DNA from: a virus | Lineage: Duplodnaviria; Caudoviricetes | Length of the DNA stretch: 64,000 nt | IMG/VR virus record: IMGVR_UViG_3300020037_004820 | Reading direction: 5' to 3' (one strand) | Shown here: one piece after another, positions 43,358 through 50,622 of the stretch | Position numbering within the stretch: position 1 is the first letter of the stretch | How the letters are laid out: the number at the start of each line of letters is the position of its first letter | The notes under the pieces: model-generated | The model's input: the letters and a program-made list of their open reading frames with translations, nothing else | What the model was told of the DNA's origin: nothing | The model's database searches: none | Made by a program: the position numbers and the translations under genes

Positions 43358-43720
43358 ATGGCAATTCCCGCCCATGTTCGTTCATTTGCTTCGGTTTCGA
43401 ATCGCCGCATGGAAAAGCTGAATGGTAAGGACTTCGATAAGAAGTCGCATTACATTCATGTTCGTCCGGCAGATCAGGCGGATATTTTGGTTCTCGCAGT
43501 TCATGGGGACAATAATGACCCGGATATTTGCGATACGGCGCGATTCATCGCTATGAATCCTCGATATGCCGCTATTCTGGCGGTTACGATCGAAGATGTC
43601 CTTCGAAACGATCTGAATTTCAACTTCGATAAGGTTCGTAAGGAGACGTTGAAGCGTCTCGCGAAGAAGTACGAACCTGTTTCGGATGCACAGGAACAGC
43701 CGGTTGCGGAAGCTGGCTAA
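43358..43720 (+). CDS. GC-rich hypothetical protein leading the tRNA cluster
   Basis: 120-aa ORF with GC-rich codons and its own promoter. Confidence 0.65.
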   Translation: MAIPAHVRSFASVSNRRMEKLNGKDFDKKSHYIHVRPADQADILVLAVHGDNNDPDICDTARFIAMNPRYAAILAVTIEDVLRNDLNFNFDKVRKETLKRLAKKYEPVSDAQEQPVAEAG

Positions 43721-43733
43721 TATATAGATAATC

Positions 43734-43809
43734 GGGAGTGTAGCTCAGTCGGTAGAGCACGGGACTTTTAATCCTTAGGTCGAGAGTTCGATCCTCTCCG
43801 CTCCCACCA
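43734..43809 (+). tRNA. tRNA-Lys(TTT)
   Basis: GGGAGTG/CGCTCCC, CT-TTT-AA, ACCA. Confidence 0.92.
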
Positions 43810-43816
43810 AACAAAT

Positions 43817-44032
43817 ACAGAGGTTCCCACAATGTTCATAGTGAACATAACAGGTACAGCAACGGCTGTTTCCTAAAAGTTGGAACGCTTAGTCGTAATC
43901 CCAAACGAGACTGACTGTCTGGTTAACCTCGTGGGAACCTCTGTCATAGCTAAATAACTAGGATATAGCTTACCAGACAAAGCAGCTTTGAGTAAAATCA
44001 AAGTACACGTTAGGTCGAACCTGCTATCCTAG
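43817..44032 (+). ncRNA. Putative two-domain pseudoknotted RNA
   Basis: 14-bp perfect stem acagaggttcccac/gtgggaacctctgt; ctaggata/tatcctag; cross pairing tgtctggt (43916) with accagaca (43972). Confidence 0.6.
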
Positions 44033-44041
44033 AAAAGAGAA

Positions 44042-44132
44042 GAGAGTGAATCTCGGTTCGATTCCGAGCGTACCCGATTCGAGGCCAATTCGGGGTAGAT
44101 TCGTCGTCTAATATGGAATAGGACGCACTCTT
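44042..44132 (+). ncRNA. Circularly permuted tRNA-like RNA
   Basis: gagagtg/cactctt closing stem; T arm ctcgg-ttcgatt-ccgag; looped acceptor taccc/gggta; D arm gtct-aatatggaata-ggac. Confidence 0.7.
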
Positions 44133-44138
44133 AATCGC

Positions 44139-44216
44139 GGGACTCTGAACGTAATTGGTTAACGTCCCCGCCTCATAAGCGGAAAATTCTGGGTTCAAAT
44201 CCCAGGTGTCCCACCA
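44139..44216 (+). tRNA. tRNA(CAT), probably Ile2 (TilS substrate) or Met
   Basis: GGGACTC/GTGTCCC, CCCGC-CTCATAA-GCGGA, ACCA. Confidence 0.8.
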
Positions 44217-44225
44217 AACCATACG

Positions 44226-45006
44226 TTTCTAATCTGGTCTTAAAAAGCCACTACTCCGAGCACAGTACAATCACCGCTCAGATCAGATTAGAAAGGGCAC
44301 GTTTAGTGCCCAATTACATGACTAGTGACAAGTCTCATTTTGGAGACGGGTAATCAGTCCTCCTTGTCATTAGTCATCTTGATTAAAGAGCATACCAGTT
44401 GCACAATTCGGTGCGATCGGTGGAGTCAAAATGCTCAAAAAGGTGATCTCCTACTCCTAATGAGTTAATCATCATAGATAAAGATAGCTCATCCATCCTG
44501 ATAAGATGAAGATGGGACTACTCAAGAGAGAGAATGCCTGGTATCTCCTGAGTATAGTGGAAGGCAAAATAGAATGATACCAACTTAAAATTACATGGAT
44601 TTGACAGCGAAAGCTGTCTCTAGCTAAGTTTTGGCAAGAGAAGTAAGCTAGAGTACACAAAAATTGCAAAGGAAACACTCCTCTGCTGGGAATGTCGCCG
44701 GTTGTTGTAGTGAGAAGTCGGTGCCGTAAAACTCTACATAAGAGGACGAGTATCTCGCAAGGAGAGAAAGGACTTGAGATAGTAGTAATCCGGTGTGTAC
44801 GTCGATACCTACCAACTCGGGAAAAACGAAGCACAGTGAATGCGGTTCTGCTGAAGAGATTATGTTGTCAGAGCTATTCAAACTAGTTCGGATGATGTAG
44901 TTGAACAGTTTCCGAGCGGGTTCCCTGCCCGCTCAATTCAAACACAACAAGGCAACTTAACACAGTCCTTCTGTGAAAACAGTGAGTTGATAGTGTTTCT
45001 TTGCCA
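44226..45006 (+). ncRNA. Putative large (~700-780 nt) structured RNA, possibly of the ROOL/GOLLD class
   Basis: No credible ORF; two 15-bp stems (tttctaatctggtct/agatcagattagaaa; atgactagtgacaag/cttgtcattagtcat), GAAA/GCAA-capped hairpins, many further helices. Confidence 0.6.
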
Positions 45007-45012
45007 AAACAT

Positions 45013-45104
45013 GGAAGTATGGCCGAGTCTGGCTTATGGCTACAGTCTAGAAAACTGTCGCGGTCTAACAACCGCCGTAGGTTCAAATCCTACTGCTTCC
45101 TCCA
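45013..45104 (+). tRNA. tRNA-Ser(AGA)
   Basis: GGAAGTA/TGCTTCC, ACAGT-CTAGAAA-ACTGT, long variable arm, CCA. Confidence 0.85.
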
Positions 45105-45107
45105 TAA

Positions 45108-45188
45108 ATAGAATACTGGTTTAAGCCCAGCATAGGAACCGAAGATGATTCGGTAAACCTATGTCAGACGTAAAAGACTGAATTCTAT
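45108..45188 (+). ncRNA. Putative small four-way-junction RNA
   Basis: atagaat/attctat closes ctgg/ccag, catagg/cctatg (with accgaa/ttcggt) and tcag/ctga. Confidence 0.5.
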
Positions 45189-45198
45189 CATATAAATT

Positions 45199-45275
45199 GG
45201 GAACGTACCTTAACTGGTTAGAGGGCTGTCTTGTCAAGTCAGAATATGCGGGTTCGAATCCCGTCGTTCCCGCCA
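45199..45275 (+). tRNA. tRNA-Asp(GTC)
   Basis: GGGAACG/CGTTCCC, TT-GTC-AA, GCCA. Confidence 0.85.
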
Positions 45276-45543
45276 AAATCCACGGAGAATTAAACATGCT
45301 GCGTGAAGGTTTTATTGAGATTAACTACGGGCAAAATGCACGAATTGTTTTGTATGAACTTGCAGATCATTCGTGGGAATATTCAATTGTAAAGAAGGAT
45401 GGCAATCATTCTTCAAATATTGGAGTTGGAAAAGGAAAGAGTCCAGGTGAATGTCTGGATGCAGCAATTGCAGTTTGTTTGAAGCATTATTACTGAATTT
45501 TCAACTTTTTTGTGTAGTGAAAATCTTATTGACTATTTAGGAT

Positions 45544-45969
45544 ATGAAATACTGTCCTAGATGTGATTTAGAGAAAGAAGATGTAGATTTTTCGAAACGA
45601 AAGCTACGATCAGGTAAAGAGATTTTACAATCAATATGTAAATTATGTAATAAATTAGCGCATAAAAAACATTATATAGAAAATAAACAAGATTATATAG
45701 ATAAAGCTAAAAAGAATACATTAAAAAATGTTGAGTTTGTTAATAAACTCAAAGAAGAATCTCCTTGTAAGGATTGTAGTAAGTTTTATCCTTCTTATGT
45801 AATGGATTTTGATCATGTATTAGATAAATTATATGGAATAGCAAATATAGTTAGAGCAAAATCAAGAAAAACTTTACTAGAAGAAATCGCAAAGTGCGAA
45901 ATAGTGTGTTCCAATTGTCATAGAATAAGAACACACAATAGAATATGGGACTATAAGTTAACAGGTTAA
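45544..45969 (+). CDS. HNH endonuclease; its 3' end overlaps tRNA-Glu
   Basis: MKYCPRC, MDFDH, KCEIVCSNCHRIRTH; paralog of 9936-10355. Confidence 0.85.
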   Translation: MKYCPRCDLEKEDVDFSKRKLRSGKEILQSICKLCNKLAHKKHYIENKQDYIDKAKKNTLKNVEFVNKLKEESPCKDCSKFYPSYVMDFDHVLDKLYGIANIVRAKSRKTLLEEIAKCEIVCSNCHRIRTHNRIWDYKLTG

Positions 45970-46023
45970 ACTACCGCCCTTTCAAGGCGAAATAGCAGAG
46001 TTCGAGTCTCTCTAGTCCTACCA
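45947..46023 (+). tRNA. tRNA-Glu(TTC)
   Basis: GGGACTA/TAGTCCT, CGCC-CTTTCAA-GGCG, ACCA. Confidence 0.85.
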
Positions 46024-46041
46024 TAAAACAGAGAACCAAAT

Positions 46042-46123
46042 GGGGTAGTAGCCCGATCGGCAAGGGGGAAGTCTGTAAAACTTCTTAACCAGCAAGTAGG
46101 TTCAACTCCTGCCTGCCCCACCA
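46042..46123 (+). tRNA. tRNA-Tyr(GTA)
   Basis: GGGGTAG/CTGCCCC, GAAGT-CTGTAAA-ACTTC, ACCA. Confidence 0.85.
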
Positions 46124-46252
46124 TAAATACGTGCTTCGCAAGAAGAAAGATACAAGGTAGAGCATCTTAGTATTAAGCCTCTATCAGTAGTGTCATTTAC
46201 GGTGATCCAACTATTCCGTCTGTAAAACCGTCCAAATGGACGCATAAAATAT

Positions 46253-46328
46253 TGGGGTGTAGTTCAATTGGTAGAACAGCGGCCTTTGAAGCCGTATGTT
46301 GAAGGTTCGAATCCTTCCACCCCAACCA
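46253..46328 (+). tRNA. tRNA-Gln(TTG)
   Basis: TGGGGTG/CACCCCA, GCGGC-CTTTGAA-GCCGT, CCA. Confidence 0.9.
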
Positions 46329-46602
46329 ATATAGTTAAACCGAACGGGTCCAGTTAGTCTGTACGACTGAAATTAGTTTCTGCGTTGTTGACCCGTGGCG
46401 CAGACGGTACACATAAAAAAGGAATAAACAATGGCAATCGCAATGTTCGTTGTTGCAATTTTTGTTATACTTTTTGCTCTATTTGCAGTTGTTGTTAATG
46501 ACAATGATGCTCGAAGTGCAAATACACTTGCACTAATAGCAATTTGTTTAACATTTGTTCTTTGTGTTTTGGCGATTATCAATCTTGGACTCAGTATTTA
46601 AT

Positions 46603-46983
46603 ATGAGTAATACGTGGTCAAGTCCTGGCCCTGATTACTGGTTGTTCTTTTATTGTCAACAGAAGAAAGAAGTCTTGCGCGAAAGGAATAGGAAAAAGAA
46701 CCTTTCAGGTGCAGGACTTACTGTACAAAAAGTATATGAACTTTATAAGCAAAAGCTATGCAATTATTGTGGAAAAGAATGTATTGTTGATATTGTAGAT
46801 CAAACTCATAACAAGTTGAAGCATAATCATGCAACAATTGATAGAGTTGATCCATTGATTGGATATCAGAATTCTAATATAGTTCTTGCTTGCCATTCTT
46901 GCAATCAGAAGAAAAGTAAAAAAGAACAAAAGATTGTAGAAAAATTTGGTAGAAAACCTCGCGGTAACCCTGTAACCGCTTGA
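46603..46983 (+). CDS. HNH endonuclease
   Basis: CNYCG, ATIDRVDPLIGYQNSNIVLACHSCNQKK. Confidence 0.8.
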   Translation: MSNTWSSPGPDYWLFFYCQQKKEVLRERNRKKNLSGAGLTVQKVYELYKQKLCNYCGKECIVDIVDQTHNKLKHNHATIDRVDPLIGYQNSNIVLACHSCNQKKSKKEQKIVEKFGRKPRGNPVTA

Positions 46984-47021
46984 CAGTCCAAGCATGGGGC
47001 TTATAGGATAAGAAGAATGAT

Positions 47022-47100
47022 GGTGTTCGTAGCTCAAATGGTTTAGAGCGCTGGCTTGTGACGCTAGATGTTGTGGGTTCAAGTCCCATCGAACACACCA
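47022..47100 (+). tRNA. tRNA-His(GTG)
   Basis: G-1, GTGTTCG/CGAACAC, TT-GTG-AC, ACCA. Confidence 0.9.
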
Positions 47101-47269
47101 AACATAAGGAACAGAAATGGCACATCATTATATCTGTTATAATAACAAGACGCAGAATGTTGAGTTCATTGGAACTATCAAACAGTTCAATGATCAATAT
47201 CTTCTAAACTTTACTGAACAGACATTTTTCGATTGGATGAAAGGTAATGGTTTGACTGTTTATCAAAAA

Positions 47270-47737
47270 CTAGACATTTGATTTCTTTTTATTCTTTCCT
47301 CGATATGTAGAAGTTTGTGCATGACAGTTCGGACACAATAAACATAGATTAGAAAGAGTATTATCCATACAGTTACCGTTTATATGTTCTAATTCCAGTG
47401 CAATAGGTTGTCCAAGCCATTCCGTTAATTTACATTTATTACATATTTTTGTAAATATTCCTTCTCGAATAAGTCTATTTTTAAGTTGAAACGTAAGAAT
47501 TTCAACTTCGTTATTAAGATATTTTTCAATAGGCACACGAATAGGTAATTGTTTATTTTTTGACCAGGCACAGCCTGTAAAATGAGAATAATCTATATCA
47601 TATAATGCAGCGAATTTCCTAAAAACACGATAGTTTCCTCCTTTACCTTTTATGCCAAGTATATTTAGTACATTACTTATTGTAGTTGAAGATTTTACAG
47701 CGGCTTCAAATTGTTCTTTGGAATAGGAATGTGACAT
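47270..47737 (-). CDS. HNH endonuclease, antisense to the tRNA cluster
   Basis: CNKC, LELEHINGNCMDNTLSNLCLLCPNCHAQT; GGAG-type RBS and ACTATTTAT upstream. Confidence 0.85.
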   Translation of the reverse strand: MSHSYSKEQFEAAVKSSTTISNVLNILGIKGKGGNYRVFRKFAALYDIDYSHFTGCAWSKNKQLPIRVPIEKYLNNEVEILTFQLKNRLIREGIFTKICNKCKLTEWLGQPIALELEHINGNCMDNTLSNLCLLCPNCHAQTSTYRGKNKKKSNV

Positions 47738-47769
47738 TTGTTGTTCTCCCTTTCCATAAATAGTCATGT

Positions 47770-47846
47770 GGCGGTCTAGTCCAATTGGCAGAGACACGAA
47801 ACTTAAAATTTCGCAAGTGTGGGTTCGAGTCCCACGACCGCTACCA
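47770..47846 (+). tRNA. tRNA-Leu(TAA), short variable arm
   Basis: GGCGGTC/GACCGCT, CGAAA-CTTAAAA-TTTCG, ACCA. Confidence 0.9.
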
Positions 47847-47858
47847 AAGAAAAATAAT

Positions 47859-47936
47859 GGGAGTTTAGCTCAGTTGGCCTAGAGCGGCAGTCTGTTAAAC
47901 TGCGGGTCGTTGGTTCGAATCCAACAATTCCCTCCA
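47859..47936 (+). tRNA. tRNA-Asn(GTT)
   Basis: GGGAGTT/AATTCCC, GCAGT-CTGTTAA-ACTGC, TCCA. Confidence 0.9.
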
Positions 47937-48025
47937 TAAACCTTAGTATAGTGTGATCTTAAATACGCGAGCGACTATACTGAGTAGGTTTTGCGGCTTT
48001 CCTTGGATAAAAGCCGCCGAGTCAT

Positions 48026-48101
48026 TGCAAAGTCTTCTAACTGGTCGGAATGGTAGCTGTTAACTACTAAAATGTACGTTCGAATCGTACCTTTGCAGCC
48101 A
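48026..48101 (+). tRNA. tRNA-Asn(GTT), second copy
   Basis: TGCAAAG/CTTTGCA, GGTAG-CTGTTAA-CTACT, GCCA. Confidence 0.85.
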
Positions 48102-48105
48102 AACA

Positions 48106-48275
48106 TAATCAGAGTTAACATAGCGGCAAGTGTGCTCATACTCTTAACTGAGTAAAGAGAAACAAAGGTTCGAAGGTTGACATTTGCATCAAGTGATTTA
48201 GTTATCACTTGAGCTAAACTGAAAAGACGCTAGCAGCAATCACCTTACCAATTCAAGGAAAAGGCGTCCTGATTA
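48106..48275 (+). ncRNA. Putative structured RNA
   Basis: taatcag/ctgatta closing stem, tcaagtgat/atcacttga, gacgct/ggcgtc, ctctt/aagag. Confidence 0.45.
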
Positions 48276-48418
48276 AGAACAAAAGGCAGATATGTTAGAT
48301 GATGACGACATTATTATGATACTGCTTTTATCTAGCGACACATCTGGATTAAACTGGAAAGGTGTTGTTCTTTGGATAGTTATAGTTACTATTATTGTAA
48401 CACTTATATCGTTGATAT

Positions 48419-48495
48419 AATTGGTCATAGCATTACTGGATAATGCGTTCCGCTAGTACCGGAAAGATTGGGTTCGAATCCCGAGCCAATTACTA
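48419..48495 (+). tRNA. tRNA-Thr(AGT), atypical, no encoded CCA
   Basis: AATTGGT/GCCAATT, TTCCG-CTAGTAC-CGGAA, TTCGAAT; 2 extra nt before the D arm; ends ACTA. Confidence 0.65.
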
Positions 48496-48502
48496 AACAT
48501 AG

Positions 48503-48584
48503 CCGGATGTAGTCGCGTTGGCCTTCTAAGCCGATAAGGGTAATGGAACTGAAAATGCAGGTTCGAGTCCTGTCATCCGGGCCA
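48503..48584 (+). tRNA. D-armless tRNA-Arg(TCT)-like RNA
   Basis: CCGGATG/CATCCGG-GCCA, 8-nt linker instead of a D arm, TTGGC-CTTCTAA-GCCGA, 22-nt variable region, canonical T arm. Confidence 0.7.
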
Positions 48585-48642
48585 AATTCAAAGTACAGAG
48601 TAATGTCGCACTCTATGACAGTTTGCACAAAAAGGAACAAAA

Positions 48643-49236
48643 ATGAGCACTGTAGTAAAGCCCTGGTTGGATAATTCTTTTGATGTGTATTTTTTCGATT
48701 TGAACACTGAAACTGGCGCATATTATTACTATGCGGATCTGGGTAATATTCCGATTCCTGATCATCTAGATCAAGCGTGGATTAGTAATGAACCAGATTT
48801 TTATCTTCTTGATCTGAATGATGAGGAAGGATATTGGTGTTATTACCCGGAATTCTCTAGCTTGAAGGATTACCTTCTTTGCGAAGGGGATTTTGCAATC
48901 AATGAATCTGATTGTGATTATTGTGAATCTGATCCATATGATTACTTCTTCGATAAGATCGAGGAATTGGAAACTCGAATGGATCGCATTGCCCAGGATT
49001 TGGAGGAATTGATTGCTCAATCTTCCCGCCCTACATATGTCACTACATATGTAGACCAAAGTTTGACAGAGAGTGAACTTTCTTGGGCACGCAATCGTCA
49101 AGCAGAATGGTATACTGCTTATCGAAAGGAATACAATCTGACTGATGCTGATTATGTTGATTATGTTGATGAGCAGTGCATTTTGGATTGGCTTGCTGCT
49201 AAGTTTACTATTTCTAAGCCCGCTCAACATATCTGA
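48643..49236 (+). CDS. Acidic hypothetical protein
   Basis: 197-aa D/E/Y-rich ORF with AAGGA RBS. Confidence 0.6.
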   Translation: MSTVVKPWLDNSFDVYFFDLNTETGAYYYYADLGNIPIPDHLDQAWISNEPDFYLLDLNDEEGYWCYYPEFSSLKDYLLCEGDFAINESDCDYCESDPYDYFFDKIEELETRMDRIAQDLEELIAQSSRPTYVTTYVDQSLTESELSWARNRQAEWYTAYRKEYNLTDADYVDYVDEQCILDWLAAKFTISKPAQHI

Positions 49237-49239
49237 TAT

Positions 49240-49313
49240 GCGTCTTTAGCTCAATCGCGTAGAGCACTTTCCTCTTAAGGAATAGGTTTTGAGTTCGAGT
49301 CTCAAAAGGCGCA
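49240..49313 (+). tRNA. tRNA-Lys(CTT), no encoded CCA
   Basis: GCGTCTT/AAGGCGC, CT-CTT-AA, TTCGAGT; D-loop lacks GG. Confidence 0.7.
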
Positions 49314-49326
49314 CGAAAACTGTTCG

Positions 49327-49471
49327 AATCTAACTCCGATGACACAGCTCGGTTAGATTGTGAAAGTCTAACGATCCCCGTTTGGGATTGCAAATCGACA
49401 ATAACCGGATCAGACAAGCCGTATGGATTTCGGCTCCCTTAACAGGGAATAACAAGTGTTCTGATTTAGAC
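49327..49471 (+). ncRNA. Putative structured RNA
   Basis: aatctaac/gttagatt, gatccc/gggatt, agccg/cggct, tccct/aggga, atcaga/tctgat. Confidence 0.45.
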
Positions 49472-49475
49472 ATAT

Positions 49476-49558
49476 TCAGGGATGATGTAATTGGAAAACA
49501 TACCGGGTTAGATAATTTCAAAGCCTGGTTTCTGTAGGTTCAACTCCTACTCCCTGAT
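49476..49558 (+). tRNA. tRNA-like RNA with expanded anticodon loop (identity undetermined)
   Basis: TCAGGGA/TCCCTGA, D and T arms intact, ccgggt/gcctgg enclosing tagataatttcaaa; no CCA. Confidence 0.6.
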
Positions 49559-49849
49559 TTCAAACACAGGATATTAAAATGATTGAAGTTGGAAAAAATT
49601 ATTATTCGGAAAATAAAATGTATTATTTTACACTTGTTTGGGAATTTGATATCCCCCGTTATAGGGTCTTTAAAAAACGAGAATATCTTTCCTTTTTTCT
49701 AAAGAAAAAGAAAGTTATTTGGGAACAAGTAACTGAACTTTATATTGGATCTGCAAGAAATGCAGATGTATTTGAATCTAGAAAGAAAGATACACTTGAA
49801 TGTATAAATTATTTGGAAAGATGTGATTTACAAAAACAAAAATCAATAT

Positions 49850-49919
49850 AGGCTAGATACAGGGTATGCCGAGAACTCCAAATTCTTGATCGAGAGTTCG
49901 AGTCTCTCCTAGCCTGCCA
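49850..49919 (+). tRNA. tRNA-Trp(CCA), miniaturised D arm
   Basis: AGGCTAG/CTAGCCT-GCCA, GAGAA-CTCCAAA-TTCTT. Confidence 0.75.
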
Positions 49920-49962
49920 ATAAACTTGTAAATTTTTTTTAGAGTTCGATACTATTTAGAGC

Positions 49963-50424
49963 ATGAAATATTGCCCTAAATGTAAAGAAAATAAAGACGA
50001 AAAAGAGTTTAATAAAAATTCTAAAAAAGAAGACGGTCTACAATCCTATTGTAGAGATTGTCAGAAAAAATCTGATCGAAATTCTTATATAAACAATCCT
50101 AAACGGCGAGAAGCTATTAGAGTAAGTGACCAGAAACGTATATCAGAGATTAGAAATTTCGTATATACGTTTCTGCTTACACATCCCTGTAAAGATTGTG
50201 AAGAAAAAGATCCGATAGTTTTAGAATTCGATCATCAGTTAGATAAAAAATTTGATATATCAGACGGAATGAGAAGATTTAATTTAGATCGAATTAAATC
50301 TGAAATTAGCAAATGCGAAGTAGTTTGTTCTAACTGTCATAAAAGACGAACTGCAAAGCAATACAATAATTGGAAAATAAAATACGCCGACATAGCACAA
50401 TCTGTTAGTGCAGCGCACTTGTAA
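49963..50424 (+). CDS. HNH endonuclease; its 3' end overlaps tRNA-Thr
   Basis: MKYCPKC, LEFDH, KCEVVCSNCHKRRT; paralog of 9936 and 45544. Confidence 0.85.
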   Translation: MKYCPKCKENKDEKEFNKNSKKEDGLQSYCRDCQKKSDRNSYINNPKRREAIRVSDQKRISEIRNFVYTFLLTHPCKDCEEKDPIVLEFDHQLDKKFDISDGMRRFNLDRIKSEISKCEVVCSNCHKRRTAKQYNNWKIKYADIAQSVSAAHL

Positions 50425-50462
50425 TGCGCAGGTTCTCGGTTAAAATCCGAGTGTCGGCTCCA
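50386..50462 (+). tRNA. tRNA-Thr(TGT), U19-A56 elbow variant
   Basis: GCCGACA/TGTCGGC, GCGCA-CTTGTAA-TGCGC, T-loop TTAAAAT, TCCA. Confidence 0.85.
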
Positions 50463-50622
50463 AATACTAAGGAACCTTCTATGTCAGCAGATAGAGAAGT
50501 AAGTGATGGCCATGAGTGGAACAAGCAGAAACGTACTGATTTCACTATAGCCGAAATTGTTGGAGTTATTATCCTTTTAATAACTGTTATTTGTATTGGT
50601 GTCCTTTAATCAAAGGAGATAT

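Noticed and set aside
43817-44132. Two-piece (permuted) tmRNA
   Set aside because: No G3:U70 alanine acceptor, no CCA, a paired D stem is present, and there is no evident tag reading frame
44226-45006. RNase P RNA or protein-coding ORFs 44472-45086
   Set aside because: The GAGGAAAGUCC signature was not found; the ORFs lack an RBS and have atypical composition
46339-46408. HDV-like (theta) ribozyme after tRNA-Gln
   Set aside because: Only 5 nt lie between the P2-like and P1'-like strands, too short for P3-L3-P3, and it is not adjacent to the tRNA 3' end
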